A stretch of 64,000 nt of DNA from an uncultured Acidobacteriaceae bacterium (GCA_963822025.1 CAWGFW010000002.1:23068-87067), one strand, 5' to 3'. Positions 34,168-44,225 are shown, numbered from the stretch's first letter. The notes: a model not told the origin generated them from the sequence alone. Translations and numbers: made by a program.

Positions 34168-34422
34168 ATGGCGTACGTGATTACCGACAACTGCATTAAA
34201 GACGAGCTGTGCGTCGAAGTCTGCCCCACCGACTGCATTCATCCCAAGAAAGACGAACCCGAGTTCGAAGCTGCAACCCAACTTTATATCGATCCCGAAG
34301 GCTGCATCGATTGCGGAGCCTGCGTACCCGCTTGCACCTCCGATTCTCTATTCGCGGCGGAAGATCTGCCTGAGGACAAGAAAGAGTTTCTGGAAAAGAA
34401 CGCTGCTCATTTCGGCAAATAG
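34168..34422 (+). CDS. ferredoxin (Fe-S cluster protein)
   Basis: 84 aa. MAYVITD.C......C.EVCP.DCI then C.DCGAC.P.C, the pattern of 7Fe/2x[4Fe-4S]-type bacterial ferredoxins. GGAGAAA SD. Confidence 0.9.
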   Translation: MAYVITDNCIKDELCVEVCPTDCIHPKKDEPEFEAATQLYIDPEGCIDCGACVPACTSDSLFAAEDLPEDKKEFLEKNAAHFGK

Positions 34423-34528
34423 CGGTTTCGTATCGCGCACCAGGCAGAATCAGGCGGCCGACCCATTCTTGCGTCATTTGAGAGTGCGCCAGGCCGCCAC
34501 CTATTTTTCTTTCCTTATTCCTCGCCAG

Positions 34529-35356
34529 CTATCCAAGGCAGGAATTTGAAGATGGGGCAAGCGGCGAACCCACCAGATAAGTAATCGGTATCCCCCCGCC
34601 CCAAGCCTCGCCAATCTCCCATCGATAGTCACCGCCTTTTAGCCCTTCGACCATTTCGCGCAGTTCTTGGGGCCGATAGCTGCGCAGGCACGACACGACT
34701 CCATCGAATAACAACGCGATGGGGACGATGGGAATCAAGTACGTCCATAGCAGCCGCGACCACCGAAATGGACGGATCCACGGAGCGCCCACAAATAACA
34801 TCAATACGAAGCCAAATGTAAGCAGTATGGTCGATAGAGCTCGCCTCGGTAGCTCAAAAATGCCAATGCATTTGCCGGCATCGACCGCATTTTGAATGAT
34901 TGCGCGAGCCTCGTCCGGCGGGAAATGGTGGAAAGAAGTAAACATGGTTCGCAATCCCTGTAATTCTTCAGGAACCTTCAATGCATCCACCGAAGTGGGA
35001 TAAAAGTTTATGCGAGCGCTGGAAGCAGCTTTAACATTTTCGAAGCCACGGAGGTTGGGATACTTATCGGTCAGTAATATTTGAAGGTCAAGCGAATTTC
35101 CCCGTCCATTGCCCGTTGCCGCCCTTCGAGCTTCTAGCTGACGAGCAAGATCGAGCCACGGACCGCCTCCTCCCGAGCACATATCGACAATCGATCGGCT
35201 CTCTGTCGCCTCGATCGCACGCTCAAGCATGGGAATAATCGGCGCATAAGCCCGCAGCCGACGTATGCCAAACTGAAGCGCATCGGTGACTCCATCCCGC
35301 AGAGACGAGGGAAACCACGCTTGCTCATGGAGTTCGAAAAATTGTCTGCGACGCAT
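34529..35356 (-). CDS. class I SAM-dependent methyltransferase with C-terminal membrane segments
   Basis: SAM motif I is VDMCSGGGGPW. Hydrophobic helices near the C-terminus. Start uncertain (ATG 35356 chosen; ORF open to 35464). Confidence 0.7.
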   Translation of the reverse strand: MRRRQFFELHEQAWFPSSLRDGVTDALQFGIRRLRAYAPIIPMLERAIEATESRSIVDMCSGGGGPWLDLARQLEARRAATGNGRGNSLDLQILLTDKYPNLRGFENVKAASSARINFYPTSVDALKVPEELQGLRTMFTSFHHFPPDEARAIIQNAVDAGKCIGIFELPRRALSTILLTFGFVLMLFVGAPWIRPFRWSRLLWTYLIPIVPIALLFDGVVSCLRSYRPQELREMVEGLKGGDYRWEIGEAWGGGIPITYLVGSPLAPSSNSCLG

Positions 35357-35630
35357 CGCTTGCCGACCCTTGAATGCAGCGATTATGACCATAGCTCGTA
35401 ACCGCTGATTGGTATGCCAGCATAGTAACAGGGCGCCGCGCCCGACGCGTTGACCTGCGCTCAAGTGACTTAGTTTGAATTCGCCTTGAAGGGGCTTCTG
35501 CCATGCCCTAACCGCCGCACAATAGCGGCTTTAGCCGCGGAGGTGATGTGCCCTCCAAATTACGCCAATACCCGCTGCTCTTTCTTCTTTGCGCTAATCG
35601 CGAAATCGTGCATACTCTTTTGCTTCGCCC

Positions 35631-38021
35631 ATGGAGGCCGCGTCAGTCATGCTTTCTCGTATCTGGGTCGTCATCATCCTGTCAGTTACTTCCCTGCTCG
35701 CTCGACCTTCATGCCTATACGCGGCCGATGCTCCCGCCGGCCCTAACTCCGATCCGACTTACCAGCAACTTCGTAACCTAACGCTCTCGGGCGAAGCGGT
35801 GAGTGTTACTAACTTCGAGTTAAAGCGCGACGCCGGCACCTTCCACCTGCACTCCGGGACCGTGTGCTTTGTAATGCCGGTGATGGGCAAGGTTACGGGA
35901 GCAGTGTTTGTCGGCGAAGGTCACTTCGTGCTGGATCCATCCGAGCAATCCGAACGCAATAGCCTGAAGCTGCTCACCAAGGAAGATGAATTCAGCGAGA
36001 GCTTCAGTCAGGCAGTCTTTCGCTTTACTGATTCGACGTATGACGACATTAAAAAAGGAGGGAGCCCGGCATCTGTCGGCTGCGATGCAGGGCTATTAAA
36101 AGACAGCCAAAACACCACGCGCCACAAACTGAAGAATAACCTCGAAGCTCGCATTCTGGAAGATGTTTTGAGCCCTGAGCCCGGAGGACTGTTCTATGCC
36201 TTCATCCATGGTAAGCACTATGACAGCAAGGAACTTTTTGAGATCGATCCGGACCACGGAACTGGCCAAGTCAACTTCCGAACTTACGACGAGAACAAAT
36301 GGGGACATTGGGCTTCATTCAATCTCGCGCACGAGCATGCGAAAACTTCGGGACACCTGACCAGGATCGAGCACCAACAGCTCGACGTTACCTTTGAAAA
36401 GAATGGAAGTTTGAAGGGAACAGCAACCACCGATTTGGTCGCGCAGCGGAATGGCGTGCGAGTTGTGCCTTTCAACCTCTTCCGGCCCTTACGCGTACAG
36501 AGCGTGACCACCAATGGACAGCCTCTCGCCTTCATTCAAGAGGACAAGAACGACGACGGCAATTTTGCGGTTATTTTGTCTAAAGCTCTGGGCGCAGGAG
36601 AAAAGCTTTCCATCACCACCACCTATGGCGGAAAAGATGCGGTGAGCAATGAGGGCGGCGGCAATTATTTTCCGGTCGCGCGAGAAAATTGGTATCCCAA
36701 CAATCCCGGAGCAGAGTTTGGCGAATACGCTCTCTATGACATGACGCTGCGAATTCCAAAGGGAATGAAGATGGCAGCCACCGGCGTGCTTGTCTCCGAG
36801 AGTAATGAAGGCGGACAGAATGTAACGGTGTGGAAGAGCGAGAATCCGCAGACGGTGGCAGGCTTCAGCTTCGGCCTCTTCAAAGAAGAGGAGGCCAAGC
36901 TTACCAAGCCCGAATACTTCATACAGTCCTACGCCAATGAAAATCCTCCCGACTGGGTCGATATGATGCGGAACCGGGGAACGCTCGGGTCGATGAGCAC
37001 AGTTTCGCTGAACAAGAAAGCGCTGGCCGAGGGCGAATTGGCGGTAGAACTCTACACCGATTATTTCGGCCCTTCTCTCTTCAAACACATGCAATTGACG
37101 CAGCAGACCGCGTGTAATTTCGGCCAGTCGTGGCCGGAGTTGGTTTGGATTCCAATCTGCTACTACTTTGACACGACCGTCCGCCACGAACTGGGGCTCG
37201 ATTGGGGCGATCGTGGATACTGGAAGGTGGTGGCGCCCCACGAAGTGGCGCACCAATGGTGGGGACACACGGTCGGTTTCGCCTCCGGCCGCGACCAGTG
37301 GATGAGTGAAGGCTTCGCCGAAATGTCTGCCTCGCTCTATATCAGCATGATCGAGAAGAATCCTAAGAAATTTATTGAATTCTGGAATGATGAACGCCAG
37401 TTATTACTCGAAAGGGATGCTCAGGGTTTTCGTGCCATCAACGTCGGTCCGCTAACGATGGGTTACAGAGCCGATAACTCGCGCACCGGCTTTGGAGTAA
37501 CTCAACGTCTTATCTATCCCAAGGGCGCCTACATTCTCCATATGATCCGCATGATGATGTGGGACCGCAACACCGGCGACCAGAATTTCAAGGCTGCCAT
37601 GCAGGACTTCGTCAAGACTTACTCCGGCAAAGCCGCCACCACCGAAGACTTCAAAGCCATGATGGAAAAACACATGACCAAAGATATGGACCTCGATAAC
37701 AATCATCGTCTCGATTGGTTCTTTGACGAATACGTCTACGGCATCGCGCTGCCGACTTACAAAATCAATTACACCTTCGACAAAGACGCGAACGGCGATG
37801 TGCTCTTCGGCTTCAAAGTCACGCAATCCGGAGTGGATGATAAATTTCGCATGGTCGTGCCCATCTATCTCGAACTGGCGGACGGGCGCACCGCATTCGT
37901 GGGACGCACCCATCTAATCGGAAATATTTCAATCGATCGGAAAGTGCCGCTCAAGGGCCTCAAAGACACGCCCAAGCGCGCCATGCTGAATGCCAACGAC
38001 GACGTGCTGGCCTCGAACTAG
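35631..38021 (+). CDS. M1 family aminopeptidase (secreted)
   Basis: 796 aa. Zinc motif HEVAHQWWG plus the downstream WMSEGFAEM glutamate. N-terminal signal peptide. Start could be Met at 35649. Confidence 0.9.
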   Translation: MEAASVMLSRIWVVIILSVTSLLARPSCLYAADAPAGPNSDPTYQQLRNLTLSGEAVSVTNFELKRDAGTFHLHSGTVCFVMPVMGKVTGAVFVGEGHFVLDPSEQSERNSLKLLTKEDEFSESFSQAVFRFTDSTYDDIKKGGSPASVGCDAGLLKDSQNTTRHKLKNNLEARILEDVLSPEPGGLFYAFIHGKHYDSKELFEIDPDHGTGQVNFRTYDENKWGHWASFNLAHEHAKTSGHLTRIEHQQLDVTFEKNGSLKGTATTDLVAQRNGVRVVPFNLFRPLRVQSVTTNGQPLAFIQEDKNDDGNFAVILSKALGAGEKLSITTTYGGKDAVSNEGGGNYFPVARENWYPNNPGAEFGEYALYDMTLRIPKGMKMAATGVLVSESNEGGQNVTVWKSENPQTVAGFSFGLFKEEEAKLTKPEYFIQSYANENPPDWVDMMRNRGTLGSMSTVSLNKKALAEGELAVELYTDYFGPSLFKHMQLTQQTACNFGQSWPELVWIPICYYFDTTVRHELGLDWGDRGYWKVVAPHEVAHQWWGHTVGFASGRDQWMSEGFAEMSASLYISMIEKNPKKFIEFWNDERQLLLERDAQGFRAINVGPLTMGYRADNSRTGFGVTQRLIYPKGAYILHMIRMMMWDRNTGDQNFKAAMQDFVKTYSGKAATTEDFKAMMEKHMTKDMDLDNNHRLDWFFDEYVYGIALPTYKINYTFDKDANGDVLFGFKVTQSGVDDKFRMVVPIYLELADGRTAFVGRTHLIGNISIDRKVPLKGLKDTPKRAMLNANDDVLASN

Positions 38022-38128
38022 AAACCTCGCACAAGCTTTCCCGCAAAAAGCCGATTCGACGTTAAACTAAAGATGCCTCATTCGCAGAGATGGCGCGGCG
38101 ATGCCTCGCTGTGGAGTCTGCCCAGATC

Positions 38129-38156
38129 GCGAACAGCGAACGACCAACGACCAATG
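38129..38156 (+). repeat. period-7 tandem tract (GCGAACA GCGAACG ACCAACG ACCAATG)
   Basis: Four contiguous heptamers. The last one contains the hisS ATG (38154-38156). Confidence 0.6.
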
Positions 38157-39431
38157 ATCAAGTCTCCCCGAGGAACTCGCGACCTTCTCCCGCCCGACAC
38201 TGCGCTTTGGAATTTCGTCGAAGCGGCAGTGCGCGATGTCTTTCGCGCCTACAACTTCCACGAAATCCGTACGCCGATTTTTGAATCGACCGAACTGTTC
38301 GCTCGCGGAGTTGGCGAAGAAACCGACATCGTGTCCAAAGAAATGTTTACCTGGGAAGATCGCGGGCGCGCCGAAAGCGATAAAGGGCAGTCGCTCACCC
38401 TGCGCCCCGAAAACACCGCCGGAATCGTCCGCGCTTACATCGAGCACAAACTCTGGGAGCGCGGCCTCAATAAATTCTTCTCCATCGGTCCTATGTTTCG
38501 CCGCGAGCGCCCGCAAAAAGGCCGCTACCGCCAGTTCTACCAGATCGACGCCGAAGTCATCGGACCCGCCTCCGCCGGCAGCCAGTCTCCGGCTAGAGAC
38601 GCGGAAATCCTCGAACTGCTCGCCACGCTGCTCGACCGCGTCGGCATCACCGGCTGGACTCTCGAACTGAACTCGGTAGGTTGCCCCTCCGACCGCACCA
38701 AATTCAACGAAGCCTTGCGCAACGCGCTCGCGCCCGTGGTCGATAAAATGTGCGCCGATTGCCAGCGCCGCGCCGTCACCAACCCGCTCCGCGTCTTCGA
38801 TTGTAAAGTTCCGGAAGACCAGCCGATCATTGCAACTCTTCCCACCATTAATCAATTTCTCGACGACGCATGCCGTGCCCACTACGAAGAAGTAAAACAA
38901 ATCATTAACGCCGTCGAAATTCCATACACAGAAAACCCACGCCTGGTGCGCGGTCTCGATTACTACACTCGCACGGCGTTTGAATTCACCCACGGAGGCC
39001 TGGGCGCGCAGAACGCAATTCTAGGCGGCGGACGCTACGACGGTTTATCCGAAGCTCTGGGCGGGCCGCCCGCTCCAGGGATTGGCTTTGCCATCGGCGA
39101 AGATCGACTGGTCCTTTCGCTGTCCGCATCGGCGGAATCGGTGGTGCGAAAACCAGATGTTTATATCGCTCCGCTAGGCCCCGGAATGAATCGTGAAGCC
39201 GCGCGCCTGGCCCGTGAACTCCAACGTCACGACCTGGTAGTTGAATTAGGCGACGAGTCATTCCGCCTCAAAAAGTCATTCGAAGCTGCCGACAAGATCG
39301 GTTCACGGTACATCCTTATAATCGGCGAGAACGAAGTGGCAGCTAACGCATTCGCCCTCAAACATCTGGCGTCGGGCGAACAAGTCACCGTTCCCCATGC
39401 GGACTTGGCGCAAAGAATTTTGTTGAAGTAG
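38154..39431 (+). CDS. hisS: histidine--tRNA ligase
   Basis: MIKSPRGTRDLLP....W, ..F.EI.TPIFE..ELF.R..GE.TDIV.KEMY.F.D.., ..LRPE.TA...R.., ..FR.ERPQ.GR.RQF.Q.. are class II HisRS motifs. Start at ATG 38154 rather than the listed 38073. Confidence 0.95.
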   Translation: MIKSPRGTRDLLPPDTALWNFVEAAVRDVFRAYNFHEIRTPIFESTELFARGVGEETDIVSKEMFTWEDRGRAESDKGQSLTLRPENTAGIVRAYIEHKLWERGLNKFFSIGPMFRRERPQKGRYRQFYQIDAEVIGPASAGSQSPARDAEILELLATLLDRVGITGWTLELNSVGCPSDRTKFNEALRNALAPVVDKMCADCQRRAVTNPLRVFDCKVPEDQPIIATLPTINQFLDDACRAHYEEVKQIINAVEIPYTENPRLVRGLDYYTRTAFEFTHGGLGAQNAILGGGRYDGLSEALGGPPAPGIGFAIGEDRLVLSLSASAESVVRKPDVYIAPLGPGMNREAARLARELQRHDLVVELGDESFRLKKSFEAADKIGSRYILIIGENEVAANAFALKHLASGEQVTVPHADLAQRILLK

Positions 39432-39517
39432 CTCGCTGCGGCGTTTCCGTATTCGCCTCTTCGCTCTTTCCGCCGTGTATTGCTGTTTCAGCTGATCAAA
39501 ACGGTAGGGTTCAAAGA

Positions 39518-39545
39518 AAGGGCTCCGCGATTGGAGCCTTTTTCT
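39518..39545 (+). terminator. intrinsic terminator after hisS
   Basis: AAAGGGCTCC-GCGATT-GGAGCCTTTTTCT, 87 nt after the stop. Confidence 0.7.
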
Positions 39546-39705
39546 CGCCTGCGTAATTTCCACGATCTTTTCCACGATCGATGACCCGTTTGGATTGCTC
39601 TTCCCGCTTACCAATATGAGTGCGGAATTCAAAGTTGTCAGCGAGTTTCGCGACAAGTTCCGCAAGCAAATCTATTTCGAAAACAATTCATCGAGGAGGT
39701 TCGAT

Positions 39706-40422
39706 ATGAAAACGGCAAACAACACACTGGCAAAAATGATCTTGGCGACCGCAGTCTCGTTCATAATTCCGCAACTGGCATTCTCGCAATTACTGATCGA
39801 CGACTTTTCAACAGGTCCCTACCAGAAGTCGCTCAGATCGGGTACCGACACAAATTTCCAGTCCGGCAGCATGGTTGGCGGCAGCCGCGAGACCTCATTC
39901 TTCGCTTGCGTTAAGACCGACTGTGGCAAATGGAATCCGTTCGGTCAGCCCAGTTCCTTCCAAATTCAGCCCAAGACGAAGACCAGCCCGAGCGCTCTCG
40001 TCTTCAACGGAGCCTACAAGTCACAGGCCTACGTCGCGGTGTTGTATGGTTTTTCCGCTCCCATGACACTCGACCTGGCTTCCAGTTATGACCGCCTGCG
40101 CGTCACTTTCGACAGCGCTGACCAAGCCGTTAATTTCAATATCATCGTCTGGTCAAACGGCGGCGCTCTCTATAGCCAGACCGGTTGCTGGCTGTCGGAC
40201 CCAGGAGCGGGAACGTCCTTCACCGTCGACTTTCCCTTCGCCGATTTCACGCCCGGAGGCGACACTCCCGGAGCAAGTTTCAGCGGCATCAACTACATGG
40301 AATTTCTCTTCGATGGCGCACAAGGCACGCTCACGGGTGAGGACTGGGCGGTCACTTCCCTACAGGCAATTCCGATTGGCGCCCCGGCGGCCAACGTTAC
40401 CTGCAACGGATTGGGAACTTAG
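39706..40422 (+). CDS. hypothetical secreted protein
   Basis: Start at ATG 39706 with GAGGAGG SD. Signal peptide MKTANNTLAKMILATAVSFIIPQLAFSQ. Beta-rich mature part, no family recognised. Confidence 0.6.
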   Translation: MKTANNTLAKMILATAVSFIIPQLAFSQLLIDDFSTGPYQKSLRSGTDTNFQSGSMVGGSRETSFFACVKTDCGKWNPFGQPSSFQIQPKTKTSPSALVFNGAYKSQAYVAVLYGFSAPMTLDLASSYDRLRVTFDSADQAVNFNIIVWSNGGALYSQTGCWLSDPGAGTSFTVDFPFADFTPGGDTPGASFSGINYMEFLFDGAQGTLTGEDWAVTSLQAIPIGAPAANVTCNGLGT

Positions 40423-40666
40423 TCTCTCTGGAAGGAGAACGTGTCAACCCGAATGCTGGATGCCCCCGCTCAAGCGCAGATTGGGCGGGGCTTTTCGTTT
40501 CCGCCACCTTCGTGTACTCTTCGGGACCTCTTTCAAGCCTTCGCAAACTGGCCGTCGCTGCAAGCGCTCTGCTGTGGACAAAAAAGAGATCCGTGATTAG
40601 ACACTCCTTCACCCAAAATTGCTTTCAAAACACGGTAACAGCATTCAAGCCGGAGCCCACTTCTCC

Positions 40667-41017
40667 TTACTTTTCGACCAGGCAATACGCGCCGACCATC
40701 TCGCTTGCCTGCTGCCCGTCTTTATCGCCTCGGTAAACCTCTACATTCTTGCAATCGTACATTCCGTAGTTTTCCGGGAGCTCAATCATCGTGTAATCGC
40801 CGCTCGCCAGCGCCTTGCACCGCCCCGCCCCCTCGTTGCACTGGAGTTCAATTGACTTTCCGTTTTTTTCAACGTGAACGATAACAACTCCAGTTATCAC
40901 CTCCGAGCTTTTCACCTTGACCGGCGTTTTTTCCTGCGCGAATGTCTGTGCAGCGGTCACTAGGATGACGATAAAAGCGAAGGCTAATGTCGCGAGTAGA
41001 GAAACTGTCTTTTTCAT
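40667..41017 (-). CDS. small secreted 4-Cys protein (hypothetical)
   Basis: 116 aa from ATG 41017 (GGGAGG SD 4 nt upstream). Signal peptide ending AQTFAQ. Four Cys in the mature part. Confidence 0.6.
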   Translation of the reverse strand: MKKTVSLLATLAFAFIVILVTAAQTFAQEKTPVKVKSSEVITGVVIVHVEKNGKSIELQCNEGAGRCKALASGDYTMIELPENYGMYDCKNVEVYRGDKDGQQASEMVGAYCLVEK

Positions 41018-41085
41018 AACGCCTCCCATAAATGCGAAGACCTTTTCAGCCCGTATTTATTCTTCGCCTTCAGGCCAGCCTCTGT

Positions 41086-41105
41086 CTGTGATCTCTCAAT
41101 CACAG
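41086..41105. promoter_or_regulatory. 20-bp perfect-arm palindrome CTGTGAT-CTCTCA-ATCACAG
   Basis: 7-bp arms with a 6-bp spacer, 69-88 nt upstream of ATG 41017 (minus strand). An extra TGTGAT half-site lies at 41109-41114. Confidence 0.4.
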
Positions 41106-41394
41106 TCTTGTGATGTCCCCACCGGGGCGGAGTACTCCCGGTCGGCCACGACGCTGACATTTTTCAACTCGGTGAAGGTGAAGGGATGGTTGTGAAATTA
41201 GAGGTCGACGGCGGAACGCTTATCCGCTATTGAAACGCGATAAAACCGTCGGGGACGAGGAGCCAAAAAAGCCAACCCTGCCGCGGCATTTTCACGAATC
41301 GCCTCGCTCCATAGTCGGAGGGGCATTTCAAGAAATAGCCACTAAGCAGGGCTGGCAAACACCCTTGCTAAAATAACTGTTCGAGGAGGGAAGC

Positions 41395-41625
41395 TCAGGC
41401 TTGATAAACCTGCTCGTGCCGGCGCGCTTCATACCAGAGCGCCAACTCGACCCGGTTCCACAATCCCAGCTTGTCATAGATCAAGCGCAAATAATTTTTC
41501 ACCACGTGCTCAGTGGTCCCAAGCGAGTGGGCGATTTCAGAGTTCTTACAACCCTCGGCTACGCGTTGAATGATGAGCTGTTCGCGTTCGTTGGGCCTGA
41601 GGCGGACTGCTGCCTCTCCAACCAT
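41395..41625 (-). CDS. GerE-like stand-alone LuxR-family HTH protein
   Basis: 76 aa. ..NEREQLIIQRVAEGCKNSEIAHSLGTTEHVVKNYLRLIYDKLG. is the LuxR_C HTH. GGAGG lies 5 nt upstream of ATG 41625. Confidence 0.8.
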   Translation of the reverse strand: MVGEAAVRLRPNEREQLIIQRVAEGCKNSEIAHSLGTTEHVVKNYLRLIYDKLGLWNRVELALWYEARRHEQVYQA

Positions 41626-41834
41626 AATTGCCTCCGATAAAGTAAAGTTGCGAGTTTGACCCGCTTGATGCCACCCGTGATCCCAAACCTCAGAAACAGG
41701 CGGTTAAAGTGTGCCTTGACGGTGCGCTCGGCAATATGAAGATCGCGAGCGATTTCCGAGTTATCGCATCCCTGGAGCAAGAGCTCAATAATCTGTCTTT
41801 CCCGGGGGCCTACTTGTTCGAACTTTTCGTCCAT
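41559..41834 (-). CDS. GerE-like stand-alone LuxR-family HTH protein
   Basis: ..PRERQIIELLLQGCDNSEIARDLHIAERTVKAHFNRLFLRFG.. is the LuxR_C HTH. Start uncertain (ATG 41834 or 41873). The 3' end overlaps the next gene by 67 nt in another frame. Confidence 0.72.
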   Translation of the reverse strand: MDEKFEQVGPRERQIIELLLQGCDNSEIARDLHIAERTVKAHFNRLFLRFGITGGIKRVKLATLLYRRQLWLERQQSASGPTNANSSSFNA

Positions 41835-42182
41835 AAAACACTGCACCTTCCCGATGCCTTCCATCCACCACACGTGGCGATTCAGCTCCGGCTTCCGGAC
41901 GCATCTGGATTAGGGTCGTTGCCAAATATTTTGCATTCACACGGCCAAAATGAGTCGGGAAACGTTATCGGTTGATGAAATTGTCAATTCCAACGCCTTT
42001 TCTTCAGAAAATCCGGGTCACTTTAGTAATTTCATGAGGTTGGGCGCGCTTTACTACAGTGGTTTTGCGCCGCTTCTAAGGTGAACTACTTAGTACAAAA
42101 TTCATATGCATCGCCTTCCAAAGCCCATATTTACACAGAAGTGCACCCCGGAACCAACCTAGTTCCTCCCCTATAATGGAGT

Positions 42183-44174
42183 GTGGACTTTAAGCTCGTA
42201 AGCAATTACAAGCCTCAAGGCGATCAGGCGCGGGCAATCGAAGCACTGACCCGAGGAGTCTTCGATCGCGAGCAGCACCAGGTCTTGCTCGGCGTAACCG
42301 GATCGGGCAAAACCTACACCGCCGCCAAAGTGATCGAGGCGGCGAACCGCCCCGCGCTCGTCATGGCCCATAACAAAACCTTGGCCGCCCAGCTCTATCA
42401 CGAATTCAAGACTTTTTTTCCCCACAATGCCGTCGAATACTTCGTCTCCTACTATGACTTCTATCAACCGGAGGCCTACGTCCCCGCAGCCGACCTCTAT
42501 ATCGAAAAGGAATCGACCATCAACGATGAGCTCGACAAGCTGCGGCTCTCGGCCACGCGATCGCTCTTTGAGCGCCGCGACTGCTTGATCGTCGCCTCCG
42601 TCAGTTGCATCTACGGCCTCGGATCGCCCGAGGCTTATTACGGCATGATGCTCTTCCTCGAGAAGGGACAAAAGATTAAGCGCTCCGACATCACGCGCAA
42701 GCTGGTCGACATTCTTTACGAGCGCACCGAAGGCGACTTTCGCCGCGGAACGTTTCGCGTGCGCGGCGATGTCATCGAAATTTATCCCACCTACGACGAC
42801 AACGCCTATCGCGTGGAGATGTTAGGCGATGAGGTCGAATCGCTTTCGCAAATCGATCCTCTGTTCGGAACCGTCAAGCAGCGCTACATGCGCCTGCCGA
42901 TCTATCCGAAGACGCACTACGTGATGAAAGAGGAAACACGCGCCTCAGCAGTGGTCTCGATCAAGGCTGAGCTCGCCTGGTGGGAAGTCGAACTGGAAAA
43001 GCAGGGACGGCTGGTCGAATCGCAACGCATCCATCAGCGCGTCATGTATGACCTCGAAATGATCAAAGCCATGGGCTATTGCCATGGCATCGAAAACTAC
43101 TCCCGGCATTTCACTGGCCGTTTGCCGGGCGAGCCTCCGCCCACTCTGCTGGATTATTTTCCACGCGATTATTTGATGTTCATCGACGAATCGCATCAGA
43201 CCGTGCCGCAGCTCCACGGCATGTATCACGGCGACCGCTCGCGCAAGCAGACGCTGGTCGAGTACGGATTCCGTATGCCGTCCGCGCTCGATAATCGTCC
43301 GCTCACCTTCGAGGAATTCGAGCACCGCACCAACCAGCTGGTCTATGTTTCGGCGACGCCAGGCCCCTATGAACTCACCAAGTCTGCCGGAGTCGTAGTC
43401 GAGCAGATCATCCGCCCCACCGGATTGATCGATCCACCGGTCGAAATTCGTCCAGTGAAGGGCCAGATTGACGACTTGCTGCACATGATCCGCGACCGCG
43501 TGGCGCGAAACGAGCGCGTGCTCGTGACCACGCTGACCAAACGCATGTCGGAAGATCTGGCCGAATACTACAGCGAAGTTGGAGTGAAGTGCCGCTACAT
43601 GCACTCCGAGATCGAAACGCTGGAACGAGTCAAAATTCTGCGCGACCTCCGCAAGGGCGAGTTCGATGTATTGATCGGCATCAATCTTCTACGTGAAGGC
43701 CTCGATCTGCCCGAAGTATCGCTGGTGGCAATTCTCGACGCCGATAAAGAAGGTTTCCTGCGCTCTGCCGGCTCGTTGATCCAGACGATCGGCCGATGCG
43801 CCCGCAATCTCAACGGCCGCGCGATTCTCTATGCGGATCGCATGACCGACTCCATGAAAAAAGCACTGGATGAAACGAACCGCCGCCGTGCCATCCAACA
43901 AGCCTACAACGAAGAAAACGGAATCACTCCCGAGTCGATCATTCGTCCGCTAGATATGACGCTGGTCGCGATCGTCGGCGCCGACTACGCCGATCTAACC
44001 TCGTCCGAAGTCGACGGCATCCCCGATCTAAAATCACAGGAAGAGTTAGACGCCTACATCGCGAAGTTAGAGAGCGATATGCGCGAGGCGGCCAAGCGCT
44101 TTGAATTCGAGAAAGCAGCGAAGCTGCGTGACACGATCAAAGAACTGCGGACCAAAGAGTTCTTGTTCGCGTAG
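42183..44174 (+). CDS. uvrB: excinuclease ABC subunit B
   Basis: 663 aa. ..Y.P.GDQ..AI..L...., Walker A GVTGSGKT, the beta-hairpin region, helicase motifs, and the C-terminal UVR domain (..A.LRD.I..L). GTG start. Confidence 0.97.
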   Translation: MDFKLVSNYKPQGDQARAIEALTRGVFDREQHQVLLGVTGSGKTYTAAKVIEAANRPALVMAHNKTLAAQLYHEFKTFFPHNAVEYFVSYYDFYQPEAYVPAADLYIEKESTINDELDKLRLSATRSLFERRDCLIVASVSCIYGLGSPEAYYGMMLFLEKGQKIKRSDITRKLVDILYERTEGDFRRGTFRVRGDVIEIYPTYDDNAYRVEMLGDEVESLSQIDPLFGTVKQRYMRLPIYPKTHYVMKEETRASAVVSIKAELAWWEVELEKQGRLVESQRIHQRVMYDLEMIKAMGYCHGIENYSRHFTGRLPGEPPPTLLDYFPRDYLMFIDESHQTVPQLHGMYHGDRSRKQTLVEYGFRMPSALDNRPLTFEEFEHRTNQLVYVSATPGPYELTKSAGVVVEQIIRPTGLIDPPVEIRPVKGQIDDLLHMIRDRVARNERVLVTTLTKRMSEDLAEYYSEVGVKCRYMHSEIETLERVKILRDLRKGEFDVLIGINLLREGLDLPEVSLVAILDADKEGFLRSAGSLIQTIGRCARNLNGRAILYADRMTDSMKKALDETNRRRAIQQAYNEENGITPESIIRPLDMTLVAIVGADYADLTSSEVDGIPDLKSQEELDAYIAKLESDMREAAKRFEFEKAAKLRDTIKELRTKEFLFA

Positions 44175-44225
44175 GATCTCAGATTCGCACGCGCTCAGTA
44201 TTGGGATCCGAAAAACCCCTTGGCC

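Noticed and set aside
38067-38993. 308-aa ORF antisense to hisS
   Set aside because: hisS on the plus strand has all class II HisRS motifs. The antisense ORF is low-complexity (Gly/Ala/Phe/Val).
41866-41881. Additional CACGTG cores (CCACACGTGGCG here; TTCCACGTGCCC at 46389-46404) as extra parS sites
   Set aside because: Only one half, or only the central hexamer, matches. Each has 5 or more mismatches to the 16-bp consensus, and both lie inside coding sequence.
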